Origin: an uncultured Alphaproteobacteria bacterium
Lineage (GTDB): Bacteria; Pseudomonadota; Alphaproteobacteria; Bin95
NCBI GenBank assembly: GCA_937891825.1
Contig: CALAHN010000067.1
Span: 1,149 to 65,148 of the forward strand
Length of the DNA stretch: 64,000 nucleotides
Direction: 5' to 3'
The notes under the pieces are model-generated. The model was not told the DNA's origin. It saw nothing but the letters and a program-made list of their open reading frames with translations, and did not search any database. The translations under genes and the position numbers were made by a program. Position 1 is the stretch's first letter. Each line of letters starts with the position of its first letter. This document shows, piece by piece, positions 45,207-57,455 of the stretch.

Positions 45207-45791
45207 ATGTCGATCGGCCTGGATATAATGACAGCGCGCGCCGCGGAAATGCCGCTCGACTGCGACTGCGACCGGTTTTATTTCATCCGCCACGGGCAGA
45301 CCGCGGGAAACTTCAGCGGCATCGTGCAGGCGCCGACCATCGCGCTCGACGCGACCGGCGAAGAGCAAGCGCAAGCCGCCGCTGCCCTGCTCGCCAGCCA
45401 CAAGATCGATCTTGTCGTCGCAAGTCCCTTCAAACGCGCATTCGATACAGCCGTCGCCGTCGCCTGCGACCGGCCGCTGACCGTCAATCCCAATCTCGCG
45501 GAGCGTTTGTTCGGCGAGTTCATGGGAACGCCTTCGGCCAAACTGGATTGGACCAAGTCGCCCCGGGGCGGCGAAAGTATGGATGAGTTCATCTTGCGGA
45601 CACGCGCGGGATTTGCCCAAGCGATCGCCTGGCCCGGCGAAAAGGCCATCGTCGCGCATGGCGGCAATCTCCGGGTGATCGCTGCCGGCCTTCGCGTCGC
45701 CATGCCCGAGACGGCCTTCGCCAACGCCCATCCGCTCTTGTTCGAGCGGGCTGGCGGCGCGTGGGCGGTCACGGAACTCGCGCTGCTGTAG
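45207..45791 (+). CDS. Histidine phosphatase family protein (phosphoglycerate mutase-like)
   Basis: RFYFIRHGQT catalytic RHG motif. About 190 aa. Confidence 0.75.
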   Translation: MSIGLDIMTARAAEMPLDCDCDRFYFIRHGQTAGNFSGIVQAPTIALDATGEEQAQAAAALLASHKIDLVVASPFKRAFDTAVAVACDRPLTVNPNLAERLFGEFMGTPSAKLDWTKSPRGGESMDEFILRTRAGFAQAIAWPGEKAIVAHGGNLRVIAAGLRVAMPETAFANAHPLLFERAGGAWAVTELALL

Positions 45792-45833
45792 CCCGATCCG
45801 TCCATTAGCGCCGACCGGGAACAGCGCCCGCAG

Positions 45834-46427
45834 TTATTTCTTGCTGAGCGCGTTCAGCTGGTCCTGCATTGCAGCAAGTTTCTGGCGGAGATCGTCCAAT
45901 CCGCCAGCTTCGGCTTTTGGCGCTGCGGCGCCAGGGCCGGTCTGCCCCGGGATCGGCACGGGCCAAAAACTGCGCATGGCCTGCTCGAACGCCGCCATGT
46001 TCCGGCGAGTCGCTTCCTGCATAGCGTCGATTGACGGACCGACCGGAAACACCCCGCCGAATGCGCCGTCCATATTGCGGCGCATTTCCTGATGATGCTC
46101 TTCAAGCCAGGTCGTCATGCATTCCAGATATTGCGGCATCATCCAGCTCATGCCGTCGCCGTACATGCCGATGACCTGCCGCAAAAAGCCGATCGGAAGC
46201 AAACTTGCGCCGTTCTGCTCGGCTTCCGCGAGGATCTGGGTCAGCACGGCGCGGGTCAGATCCTCACCGGTCTTGGCGTCCTGAACGACGAAGTCGATAT
46301 CCTTCGACACCAAGTCCCGTAAATCCTCGAGCGTCACGTAAGCGCTCGACGACGTGTTATAGAGTCGCCGATTTGCATACTTCTTGATGACGATCACGGG
46401 ATCGTCGGGGGATTTGCGCGTCGTCAT
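45834..46427 (-). CDS. phaR: Polyhydroxyalkanoate synthesis repressor
   Basis: N-terminal IKKYANRRLYNTSSSAYVTLEDL is the conserved PhaR DNA-binding signature. Confidence 0.9.
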   Translation of the reverse strand: MTTRKSPDDPVIVIKKYANRRLYNTSSSAYVTLEDLRDLVSKDIDFVVQDAKTGEDLTRAVLTQILAEAEQNGASLLPIGFLRQVIGMYGDGMSWMMPQYLECMTTWLEEHHQEMRRNMDGAFGGVFPVGPSIDAMQEATRRNMAAFEQAMRSFWPVPIPGQTGPGAAAPKAEAGGLDDLRQKLAAMQDQLNALSKK

Positions 46428-46469
46428 GCCGGATGCTCACTTGATCTCAATGGACCGCAATCGCTTCGC

Positions 46470-46478
46470 TGCATCGCA
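46470..46478. promoter_or_regulatory. Candidate PhaR operator half-sites (cTGC-ATC-GCAa) in the phaR/phaC-like divergent region
   Basis: TGC-N3-GCA dyad resembling described PhaR boxes. Located between the divergent phaR and phaC-like genes. Confidence 0.35.
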
Positions 46479-46531
46479 AAAAGCCGCGTCCGGGTCAAGC
46501 AATCTCTATCGTCGCCCGATAGCGACGGCCA

Positions 46532-47806
46532 TTGACGCCGCCTGAATTTGGCGTACCCCCTTCCCCAATGATCGTCCACTCCGACAGACTTGGACCGCGT
46601 CCTTTGGCCTTGCATGCGTCGGCGCTTTGGCGCGCCCAGGTGCTGGCGCTTTCGGCCGCCGCGACCGGCGGGAACCGCTATCTGGATGCCCAGCCTGCGG
46701 GGCTCGCCGACATCCAGACGTACGGTATGGCCGCAAAACTGGCGCTGCTCGCGGCGACACAAGCCGAGACCGCATCCCGGTGGAGCGCATTCTGGCGCGG
46801 CGTCGGCCTATACCGCTCCCATCCCTATCGCCGCCGCATGGAGGACCGCCAGACGGCGCTCCAAGTCGGCCGCAGCCGCTTGCTGGCGGTCGAACCCGGC
46901 GATAACGATCCGAGCCACAGCCGCCCGCCATGCGCTCGAAGCCCAATTCTGATGATCCCTTCGCTGGTCAACAGCAGCGACGTGCTGGACCTGATGCCCG
47001 ACCGCAGTCTGGTCGAAGCGCTCCATGCGGCCGGGTATGCGCCTTATCTGGTCGATTGGGGCGATCCCGAGCCAGACGCCGCCGATTGGCCGGTCGAGCG
47101 TTACCTGGACGAAAAGCTGGCGCCGATGCTCGACTGGATCATCGACAGGCGCCGCGCGGCGCCGGTTGTCCTCGGCTATTGCATGGGCGGCCTGCTTGCG
47201 GCGGCGCTGGCGACCGTTCGGCCCAAGGACGTCCGCGCCTTGACGCTGCTTGCGATGCCTTGGGACTTTCATGCGCCGGATCCCGAGCCGGCTAAGCGCA
47301 TGGCGCGGTTCGTCGGTCCGTTTCAGCAGGCCGCCCGGGAATGCGGGTCCGTGCCGGTCGACCTGCTGCAAACCCTGTTTTTTGCGCTTGATCCCACCCT
47401 GGCGGCGCGAAAGTTCCGAAATTTCGCAAAGCTCGATCAATCGTGCGAGGCGGCAATGCTGTTCGTCGCGATGGAAGACTGGGTCAATGGCGGCCCGGAC
47501 CTTGCGGCCCCCGTCGCGGCCACGGTCTTGAACGAGTGGTACGGCGCCAATGCCCCGATGAGAGGGCGCTGGGCGGTCGGCGGAACGCCTGTCACCAACC
47601 GGACCTATCCTGGGCCGACTTTGATCGCCGCGCCGACCCGGGACCGGATCGTCCCGATGGATAGCGCCATCGGTTACCTACACGGGGCCGCGAACGCCGA
47701 GCTCCTCCGCGTCGATGGCGGACATGTCGGCATGCTGGTCGGCGACCGGGCGGAAACCGCGCTCTGGCGTCCGCTACTGGCATGGATCGCGGACGCCGAC
47801 CGTTAG
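46532..47806 (+). CDS. PhaC-like alpha/beta-hydrolase (short class III/IV-type PHA synthase-like)
   Basis: Lipase-box GYCMGG; conserved Asp/His downstream; about 420 aa. TTG start per ORF track; an internal ATG (MIVHSD…) is possible. Adjacent to phaR and phaA. Confidence 0.55.
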   Translation: MTPPEFGVPPSPMIVHSDRLGPRPLALHASALWRAQVLALSAAATGGNRYLDAQPAGLADIQTYGMAAKLALLAATQAETASRWSAFWRGVGLYRSHPYRRRMEDRQTALQVGRSRLLAVEPGDNDPSHSRPPCARSPILMIPSLVNSSDVLDLMPDRSLVEALHAAGYAPYLVDWGDPEPDAADWPVERYLDEKLAPMLDWIIDRRRAAPVVLGYCMGGLLAAALATVRPKDVRALTLLAMPWDFHAPDPEPAKRMARFVGPFQQAARECGSVPVDLLQTLFFALDPTLAARKFRNFAKLDQSCEAAMLFVAMEDWVNGGPDLAAPVAATVLNEWYGANAPMRGRWAVGGTPVTNRTYPGPTLIAAPTRDRIVPMDSAIGYLHGAANAELLRVDGGHVGMLVGDRAETALWRPLLAWIADADR

Positions 47807-47892
47807 CGGCTGTTGCAACGGCGCAACGAGCCGCGTATTTTTGCAATGCATCACAGTCGTCGACGATGCCCATCCAAGGAGACACACATCCC

Positions 47893-49068
47893 ATGACAGA
47901 TGTCGCAATCGTCGCGGCCAAACGCACCGCAATCGGCACTTTTGGCGGCGCATTTTCCACCGTCAGCGCGGATGCGCTCGGCACTGCCGCCATCCAGGCG
48001 GCGCTCGCCAGCGCCGGCCTCGGCGCGGATGAGCCGAACGAGGTGATCTTCGGCCAGGTGCTGACCGCCGGCCAGGGCCAGAACCCGGCCCGCCAGGCTG
48101 CGATCCGCGCCGGGCTGCCGGATACGACGCCCGCCTACACGATCAACCATGTCTGCGGTTCGGGCCTCAAGGCTGTCGGCCTTGGCGCCCAGGCGATCCG
48201 CCTTGGCGATAGCGCCATCGTCATCGCTGGCGGTCAGGAGAACATGACCCTCTCGCCCCATTGCGCGCCGCTGCGCGCTGGCGTGAAGATGGGCGACGCC
48301 GCCATGGTCGACACGATGATCAAGGATGGCCTCTGGGATGCCTTCAACGGCTACCACATGGGCGTGACCGCGGAGAACGTCGCCCAGAAATGGCAGATCA
48401 GCCGCGCCGATCAGGATGCGTTCGCCGCCCAGTCGCAACAACGCTGCGAAGCTGCACAGAAGGCTGGCCGGTTCGCCGATGAAATCGTTGCCTTCACGAT
48501 CAAGACCCGCAAAGGCGATGTTGTCGTGGATCAGGACGAGCATCCCAAGCACGGCACGACGGCCGAAGTCCTGGCGAAACTGCGTCCGGCGTTCAACAAG
48601 GACGGCAGTGTCACCGCCGGCAATGCCTCGGGCCTGAACGACGGCGCCGCGGCGCTGGTGCTGATGACTCTGGCCGAGGCCGAGAAGCGCGGATTGGAGC
48701 CGCTAGGCATAATCCGGAGTTTCGCCCAGGCCGGCGTCGATCCTGCCTTGATGGGCTCCGGTCCGATCCCTGCAAGCCGCAAGGCCCTTGCAAAAGCCGG
48801 ATGGGCGGTCGACGACCTCGACCTGATCGAGGCCAACGAAGCGTTCGCCGCCCAGGCGCTCGCCGTCGGCAAGGACCTTGGCTTCGATCCCGAGAAGTTG
48901 AACGTGAACGGCGGTGCGATCGCGCTCGGCCATCCGATCGGCGCTTCGGGCGCGCGGGTCCTGATCACGCTGTTGCATGAAATGAAGCGCCGCGACGCCA
49001 AGAGGGGCATGACGACCCTGTGCATCGGCGGGGGCATGGGCGTCGCCATGTGCATCGAGCGCCACTGA
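47893..49068 (+). CDS. phaA: Acetyl-CoA acetyltransferase (beta-ketothiolase)
   Basis: [20 protein letters not shown]-terminus; active-site Cys motifs (NHVCGSGLK; …CIGGGMG). Start 47893 with SD ggaga. Confidence 0.9.
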   Translation: MTDVAIVAAKRTAIGTFGGAFSTVSADALGTAAIQAALASAGLGADEPNEVIFGQVLTAGQGQNPARQAAIRAGLPDTTPAYTINHVCGSGLKAVGLGAQAIRLGDSAIVIAGGQENMTLSPHCAPLRAGVKMGDAAMVDTMIKDGLWDAFNGYHMGVTAENVAQKWQISRADQDAFAAQSQQRCEAAQKAGRFADEIVAFTIKTRKGDVVVDQDEHPKHGTTAEVLAKLRPAFNKDGSVTAGNASGLNDGAAALVLMTLAEAEKRGLEPLGIIRSFAQAGVDPALMGSGPIPASRKALAKAGWAVDDLDLIEANEAFAAQALAVGKDLGFDPEKLNVNGGAIALGHPIGASGARVLITLLHEMKRRDAKRGMTTLCIGGGMGVAMCIERH

Positions 49069-49112
49069 GCCGCGACCGGCTTCGAAGCTAATAGACAGGG
49101 CGCCTCGGTTCG

Positions 49113-49550
49113 ATGTCCGACGATAGACGCTACCCGGCGCGCCCGATGGTCGGCATGGGCGTCGTCGTCCTCAAGGGCGACGACGTGCTGCTGATAAAGC
49201 GCGGCAAGCCGCCAAGACTGGGGCAATGGAGCTTACCCGGCGGCCTGCAGGAGCTAGGCGAGACGGCGGCCGAGGGCGCTTGCCGCGAAGTGCTGGAAGA
49301 AACCGGCTGCGCCATCCAGCTTGGCCCCGTGCTGGACATCATCGACATCATCCGGCCCGACGACGACGGTCGGATAGAAACGCACTATACCTTGATCGAC
49401 TATGCCGCGACCTGGATCGACGGCGAGCCCGTCGCCGGCGACGACGCCATGCATGCGGCCTTCGTCGCCCTGGCGGATATCGACAAGCTCGCCATGTGGG
49501 ATGAAACCGTGCGCGTCATCAGGGCGGCGGCGGCGCTCAAGCAGGGTTAG
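49113..49550 (+). CDS. NUDIX hydrolase
   Basis: Nudix box GGLQELGETAAEGACREVLEETG. Confidence 0.75.
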   Translation: MSDDRRYPARPMVGMGVVVLKGDDVLLIKRGKPPRLGQWSLPGGLQELGETAAEGACREVLEETGCAIQLGPVLDIIDIIRPDDDGRIETHYTLIDYAATWIDGEPVAGDDAMHAAFVALADIDKLAMWDETVRVIRAAAALKQG

Positions 49551-49553
49551 GCG

Positions 49554-49955
49554 CTACAGATACCGATAGGCTCCCTGCCCCGAGGCAAGCAATGCCCCGC
49601 CTTCCCCGTCCGTCACCCTGGCCTCCGCGAAGAACGTGGTGCGGCCGGCCTTCAAGACCGCGCCATCGCAGATCAGTTCCGGCCCTTTCGCTGCGCCGAT
49701 GAAATTCGTGCTCATGGAAACTGTCACAGCTTTCCGGCGCTCGCCGGTGGCAGCGTCCGTATTGCCGGCGAACATGCCGGCGGCATCCAGCAGCGCCGCC
49801 ACGACGCCGCCATGGGGAGCGCCCTGACGGTTCAGATGCTGCGGACCGAGCTTCATCCGGAACCGGGAACGGCCGTGCTCCCAAATATCCAGTTCGAAGC
49901 CCATGACGACTTCAAAGCGGCCGGGGTCGCCATCGGGAAGAAGATTATCTGACAT
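49554..49955 (-). CDS. PaaI/hotdog-fold acyl-CoA thioesterase
   Basis: Hotdog thioesterase motif (…LNRQGAPHGGVVAALLD…). Start re-placed at ATG 49955 (134 aa); the ORF-track N-terminal extension is implausible. Confidence 0.7.
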   Translation of the reverse strand: MSDNLLPDGDPGRFEVVMGFELDIWEHGRSRFRMKLGPQHLNRQGAPHGGVVAALLDAAGMFAGNTDAATGERRKAVTVSMSTNFIGAAKGPELICDGAVLKAGRTTFFAEARVTDGEGGALLASGQGAYRYL

Positions 49956-50027
49956 GCCGCCTCTCGCGCATCCTGGATGATCGGCGATATAACCAGCGGA
50001 CAGGATATTCGCCAAGGAGCCTTCGCC

Positions 50028-51191
50028 ATGAGCGTCAGCATCGTCGGTTGGTCGCACCACCCCTTTGGAAAAGTCGAGGCCGACGCCGAGGCCATGGTGC
50101 AATCCGTGGTCGACGGCGCCCTGGAGGATGCAGGGGTCGAAGCCAAGGACATCGACCTCATCGTCGTCGGGCACTTCAACGGCGGCTTCCAGGGCCAGGA
50201 TTTTCCGTCAAGCCTGCCGCTGCAAAGTCAGCCTGGCCTGCGCTTCAAGCCAGCGACCCGGGTCGAGAACGCCTGCGCCACCGGTTCGGCCGCGATCCAC
50301 CTGGCGATGAACGCCATCCAGGCCGGCAAGGCGAAGCGCGCGCTTGTCGTCGGCTACGAAAAGATGACCGAAACGCCTGGACGCCAGGTCGGCGATATTC
50401 TGCTGAAATGCTCCTACGTGAAGGAAGAAGCCGAAACGCCCGCCGGATTTGCCGGCGTGTTCGGGCTACTGACCCAGCGCTATTTCCAACGCTACGGCGA
50501 CCATTCCGACGCGCTGGCGAAGATCGCCGCCAAGAACCACCGGAACGGCGTCGACAATCCCTGGGCGCAGCTCCGCAAGGATTTCGGCTTCGAGTTCTGC
50601 AATACCGTCTCCGAGAAGAACCCCTTGGTCGCCGGGCCGCTCCGGCGCACCGACTGCAGCCTTGTGTCGGACGGCGCGGCCGCCATCGTCCTGACCGCCA
50701 GCGACGACGTGGAAGCTTTCACGAAGGCCGTCACGTTCCGCGCGGCCCAGCACGTGAACGACTATCTGCCGATGTCGCGTCGGGACATGCTTGAGATGGA
50801 GGGTCCGGCTCTCGCCTGGGCGCGGGCGCTCGATGACGCCGGCCTGACGCTCGACGACCTTGCGACCGTCGAAACCCATGACTGCTTCACCACGGCCGAG
50901 CTTCTGGAATATGAAGCCATGGGCCTGACGCCAATGGGCAAGGGGCGGATCGCCATCGATGAAGGCTGGACCCTGAAGGACGGCAAATTGCCGGTCAATC
51001 CTTCGGGCGGGCTGAAAGCCAAGGGGCACCCGATCGGCGCGACAGGCGTCTCCATGCACATCCTGGCGGCAATGCAGGCGCTTGGGAGCGCGGGCGACAT
51101 GCAAGTCGCCCGCAGCGGCCCGACCGCCGTCTTTAACATGGGCGGCACGGCGGTCGCGAACTATGTCTCGATCCTTGAGGCCGAACGCTGA
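50028..51191 (+). CDS. Thiolase-like protein (SCP-x/nonspecific lipid-transfer-type thiolase)
   Basis: Thiolase fold with catalytic Cys (ENACATGSAA) and C-terminal GHPIGATG. SD aaggag precedes ATG 50028. No adjacent DUF35/OB-fold partner gene. Confidence 0.7.
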   Translation: MSVSIVGWSHHPFGKVEADAEAMVQSVVDGALEDAGVEAKDIDLIVVGHFNGGFQGQDFPSSLPLQSQPGLRFKPATRVENACATGSAAIHLAMNAIQAGKAKRALVVGYEKMTETPGRQVGDILLKCSYVKEEAETPAGFAGVFGLLTQRYFQRYGDHSDALAKIAAKNHRNGVDNPWAQLRKDFGFEFCNTVSEKNPLVAGPLRRTDCSLVSDGAAAIVLTASDDVEAFTKAVTFRAAQHVNDYLPMSRRDMLEMEGPALAWARALDDAGLTLDDLATVETHDCFTTAELLEYEAMGLTPMGKGRIAIDEGWTLKDGKLPVNPSGGLKAKGHPIGATGVSMHILAAMQALGSAGDMQVARSGPTAVFNMGGTAVANYVSILEAER

Positions 51192-51194
51192 ACC

Positions 51195-52337
51195 TTACGC
51201 CTCGAGACCCAGTTCCGCGAGGATTTCGCCTGTGTGCTCGCCAAGGTCCGGCGGATGCCGCCGGATATCGCAGCCGCCCTCGCTGAACTTCATGGGAAAG
51301 CCCAGCACCGTCATTTCACCGTGGGCGGGATGCTGGATCGTCAACGCCATCTGCTGGGATTGCACCTGAGGGTCGGCGAAGACGCCAGCAACATCGTTGA
51401 CGCGGCAGCATGGCACGCCGGCCTTGTTCAAGGCGTCGACCCAGTGGTCGGCGCCGGCGCCGGCAAGTTTCGTCAGCACCATGGCGTTCAAACGCGCCCG
51501 ATTGGCGACGCGAAGATGGTTGGACGCGAAGTCGGGGTCGGCCTTCGCCTCCGGCAGCCCCAGGGCGTCCATCAGGCGGCCGAAAAAGACATCGTCATTG
51601 GGCGCCACCGCGATCGGGTCGTCGGCCGTCTCGAACAGGCCATAGGGCGCTGCGATCGGGTGATCGTTGCCGGCGCGCGGCATGACCCGCCCGGCCGCGA
51701 AATAATTGGAGGCGAGATAGGCGAGCAGGCTGATCATCGAATTGGTCAGGCTGACGTCGACATGCGGGCTCGGCCCGCCCCGTTCCCGCCCAAGCAGGGC
51801 CGCCGTCACGCCAAGCGCGCCATACATCCCCGTCACCAGATCGCTGATCGGCAAGCCCGTCCGAAGCGGCGGACCGTCAGCAGCGCCAGTCGCGCTCATG
51901 AAGCCGCTCATCGCCTGGGCGATGAAGTCGAACGCCGGCCGGTCCTTGTAGGGCCCGTCGGCGCCGAAGCCGGTGACGGCGCAGGTGATGATGCCCGGCC
52001 GCAATTCCTGGAGCCGCGCCCGCCCGAAGCCCAGCCGATCCATGACGCCCGGCCGGAAATTCTCGATGACCGCGTCGGAGGTCTTAATGAGGGCGGTCAA
52101 CGCCGCCCTGCCCTTGTCGGTCTTCAGATCGAGCACGATGGAGCGCTTGTTGCGATTGAACCCGGCGAAGTACCAGCTAAAGCCGTCCCGGCTGTCGCCC
52201 TGGTTCCGGACAGTGTCGCCCTCGGGCGATTCGACCTTGATGACGTCCGCGCCGAGATCGCCGAGAAGCTGCGTGCAGAACGGCCCGGACAACACGCGCG
52301 TCAGGTCGAGGATGCGGTATCCCGCGAGTGGTTGCAT
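51195..52337 (-). CDS. CoA transferase, family III (CaiB/BaiF)
   Basis: LAGYRILDLTRVLSGPFCTQLLGDLGADVIKVE signature. Start set to ATG 52337. Confidence 0.8.
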   Translation of the reverse strand: MQPLAGYRILDLTRVLSGPFCTQLLGDLGADVIKVESPEGDTVRNQGDSRDGFSWYFAGFNRNKRSIVLDLKTDKGRAALTALIKTSDAVIENFRPGVMDRLGFGRARLQELRPGIITCAVTGFGADGPYKDRPAFDFIAQAMSGFMSATGAADGPPLRTGLPISDLVTGMYGALGVTAALLGRERGGPSPHVDVSLTNSMISLLAYLASNYFAAGRVMPRAGNDHPIAAPYGLFETADDPIAVAPNDDVFFGRLMDALGLPEAKADPDFASNHLRVANRARLNAMVLTKLAGAGADHWVDALNKAGVPCCRVNDVAGVFADPQVQSQQMALTIQHPAHGEMTVLGFPMKFSEGGCDIRRHPPDLGEHTGEILAELGLEA

Positions 52338-52416
52338 GCTTGGCGTCACATTGGCTTCGAGATCGGAATTCGCTAAACACCATAGCCTGCGGCAATGAGC
52401 AACCGAGGGCATGAGC

Positions 52417-53340
52417 ATGGACAGCGTCGAACTCGTTGAAGTCGGTCCCCGAGACGGTCTTCAGAACATCAAGGCTCTCGTTCCGACCGCCATCAAGATC
52501 AAGCTCATCCATGCCCTGGCCGATGCCGGCTTCAAGCGCATGGAAATCGGCTCCTTCGTCAGCCCGAAGGCGATCCCGCAGATGCAGGACATGGATGCGG
52601 TCGTCAAAGGCCTTGGGCCGCTGCCGGGCGTCCGCGCCATGGCCCTCGTGCCGAATTCGAAAGGCGCCCGCCGCGCCTTCGCCGCCGGCGTCATGGATCT
52701 CGAGATGGTGATCTCCATGACCGACGGCCATAACAACAGCAATGTCGGCCGGCCGACGGCGGAGTCGATCGCCGATCTCGCCTATCTGCTGCAGGAGGTC
52801 GATCCCGACGGCAAGCTGACGCTCCGGATCGGGCTCGCGACTTCGTTCCATTGTCCCTTCGAGGGCCTGACGCCAGAGAGAACCGTGCTCGGCAACATCG
52901 AGAAAATCCTGGCGATCCGTCCCGGCCTGGAATTCGCCCTCAGCGATACGACCGGCATGGCGATCCCGAACAAGGTCAAAAGCCTGGCGACACAAGCGCT
53001 CGCTGAGTTCGGCGACCGCGCCAGCTTCATCTTCCACGGCCACGATACGTCCGGCTTCGGCGTCGCGAATATCCTGGCCGCGATGGACGCCGGCATCCGG
53101 AGCTTCGACACCTCCGTCGCCGGTCTTGGCGGCTGCCCTTATGCGCCGGGCGCCTCCGGTAATATCCCGAGCGAGGATATCGTCTATTTGTTCGACCGGA
53201 TGGGCGTCGCGACCGGCATTGACCTGGAAAAGCTGATGGCCGCAAGCGAGATCGCCGCCAGCCTGGAAGGCGCCCTGCCCGCCAGCCACGTCCGCGCCAT
53301 GCCGCTCGCCAACGCCCTGGCGCTAAGCCGCGCGGCCTAA
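52417..53340 (+). CDS. Hydroxymethylglutaryl-CoA lyase (DRE-TIM metallolyase)
   Basis: VELVEVGPRDGLQN N-terminal HMGL signature; catalytic region …AGLGGCPYAPGASGN. Start 52417 has a better SD spacing than 52411. Confidence 0.8.
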   Translation: MDSVELVEVGPRDGLQNIKALVPTAIKIKLIHALADAGFKRMEIGSFVSPKAIPQMQDMDAVVKGLGPLPGVRAMALVPNSKGARRAFAAGVMDLEMVISMTDGHNNSNVGRPTAESIADLAYLLQEVDPDGKLTLRIGLATSFHCPFEGLTPERTVLGNIEKILAIRPGLEFALSDTTGMAIPNKVKSLATQALAEFGDRASFIFHGHDTSGFGVANILAAMDAGIRSFDTSVAGLGGCPYAPGASGNIPSEDIVYLFDRMGVATGIDLEKLMAASEIAASLEGALPASHVRAMPLANALALSRAA

Positions 53341-53371
53341 CCGCGGCGGCGAGCCAGGTCAGCCGTTCGAT

Positions 53372-54592
53372 CTACTGAGCCGCGAGCTTGCCTGTCGGAT
53401 CGACCGAACGGTTGTTGCGGCGCATTTCAAAGTGCAATTGCGGAACCGAGACGCCGCCGGACGTTCCGACCGCGCCGATTGTCTGGCCCCGGACAACCTG
53501 CGTCCCGCGCTTCGCCAGAATGCTGTCGAGATGCGCGTAGGCGGTGACCCAATCGTCCGAATGGCGCACCAGGACGAGGTTGCCATAGCCCTGGAGCGCA
53601 TCCCCGGCATAGACGACTTCGCCGTCGGCTGCGGCGCGCACCGACGTTCCCCGCGGGGCGGCGATATTGACGCCTTCGTTCTTGCGCCCATCCGCCTGAC
53701 TGCCGAACTTGGCGATCACCGGCCCCTCGACTGGCGCCAGGAACCCTCCGACCCGTTCCGGCGAAGCGACGGCGGGCGCGTCGGGCAAGCGATTGGCGCG
53801 AGGCGGCTCTGGCGCCGGATCGACGCGCGCGACCGTCGCTGCGGATGGCGGCGTCGCGCGGGATGCCAGTTCCGAAGGCCGGCGCGGCACGGCGGCCGGC
53901 GCCTGAGCGGTTGGCGCTGCGGGGGGCGAAGGCGCAGCGGTTTCAGGCGGCGCTGGCGCATCGACCCTGGGCTGGGGCGGCGGCGGGATATAGCGGCCTT
54001 GGGTCGCTGGCGCTGGAGCTTGCTGCGCCGGCGGCGACGGCGGCGGCAGGTCGCTTCGCAGCACGGACGGCGTTGAGGCTGGCGGCGCGGGTCGGCGCGG
54101 CTGGCTCTCGGGCGGCGGCGCCGGGTCCGTGCTCGCGATCAATGGGGCGGCAACCTGGGTCGGCACGCCCAAGGTCTCGCCGCGCCGGACGACATAGGGG
54201 GCCTGCAGGTGATTGTTTGCCGCCAGCGTCGTCGGGTCGATAGCATACAGGCGGGCGATGCTCGAAAGCGTCTCGCCCTCCTGGACGGCATGCAGCCGTT
54301 GCGGCGGCGGCAGGCGCAAGCGCTGGCCCACCTGAATCTCATAAGGCGGCCGCAGATCGTTCAAGGCGATCATCTGCCGGGGCGTCACCCCATAACGGGC
54401 GCTGACGCCATAAACCGTATCGCCTGGCTGCACTGTCAACAGGCGGCCGCCGGCGCCGCTCGATATGGCGGAAGCCGGCGCCGCCGGCGGCGGCACGGAC
54501 GACCTGCGCTCCGAATCCACTTTCACCCAGCCGCAGCCCGCAAGCGCGCTTGCGAGCGCCGCCAGCATGAGGATAAGTGATTGACGCATCAT
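53372..54592 (-). CDS. nlpD: LysM-domain M23 family metallopeptidase lipoprotein (NlpD-like)
   Basis: Lipoprotein signal (LAALASALAGC). Two LysM repeats. Pro-rich linker. C-terminal M23 motif HFEMRRN. Start re-placed at 54592. Confidence 0.8.
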   Translation of the reverse strand: MMRQSLILMLAALASALAGCGWVKVDSERRSSVPPPAAPASAISSGAGGRLLTVQPGDTVYGVSARYGVTPRQMIALNDLRPPYEIQVGQRLRLPPPQRLHAVQEGETLSSIARLYAIDPTTLAANNHLQAPYVVRRGETLGVPTQVAAPLIASTDPAPPPESQPRRPAPPASTPSVLRSDLPPPSPPAQQAPAPATQGRYIPPPPQPRVDAPAPPETAAPSPPAAPTAQAPAAVPRRPSELASRATPPSAATVARVDPAPEPPRANRLPDAPAVASPERVGGFLAPVEGPVIAKFGSQADGRKNEGVNIAAPRGTSVRAAADGEVVYAGDALQGYGNLVLVRHSDDWVTAYAHLDSILAKRGTQVVRGQTIGAVGTSGGVSVPQLHFEMRRNNRSVDPTGKLAAQ

Positions 54593-55256
54593 CCGCCTTG
54601 CCTCCCTGCGCTGGCCCGCTTCTCCAGGCTGGTTTCCGTGCCTGACAGGAACGGCACGAAGGACGCCTCGCCGATTTCCTCGGTCGAGAAGCCGCTGTCG
54701 GACCGGCGGATGCGCCACAAGGCTTGTCCGCTACTGTCAGACAAAGGCAAAACCATGACGCCGCCGATTTTCAATTGATCGGCCAGCGCCCCCGGAACGT
54801 CGTCGGCGGTCGCCGCGGCGATGATCCGATCGAACGGCGCGCTTTCGGGCCAGCCCGATCCGCCGTCGGCATACCGCAGGAAAATATTGTCGATGCCCAT
54901 GGCCGATAGCCGGATCTTGGCGTCGGCGAACAACGGCCGCACCCGCTCGATCCCATAGACAGCGCGAGCGAGGCGGGCGAGCAATGCGGTCTGATACCCC
55001 GACCCGACCCCGATTTCGAGGATGCGCATGCGCGGCCCGACTTCCAGCGCCTGCAGCATCAACCCGACAATCGCCGGGCGGCTTATGGTCTGGCCGTGGC
55101 CGATCGGCAGCGGCTTGTCCTCATAGGCCTGTTCGATCCAGGTAATCGGCACAAAGCGCTCGCGCTCCATCCGCTCCATGGCCCCTAAAACCTGTGGATC
55201 GGTCACCCCGGCGCGCCTGAGGCCCATGACCATGCGGATGCGGCGGCCTTCCAGGT

Positions 55257-55260
<4 letters not shown>
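54589..55260 (-). CDS. pcm: Protein-L-isoaspartate O-methyltransferase
   Basis: SAM motif ILEIGVGSGYQTALLARL and PCMT family sequence. Start 55260 overlaps the surE stop (ATGA). Confidence 0.85.
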
Positions 55261-57349
<2,089 letters not shown>

Positions 57350-57455
57350 CTATGCAGCGGGGCCGGTTCTACCGGGCATCCGGAACCTCGTCCAGACCAC
57401 GGCCGAACAAGCCTGACGTCCCGGCATGCCGGAGAATCCGCCAGTCCGATCTGGC

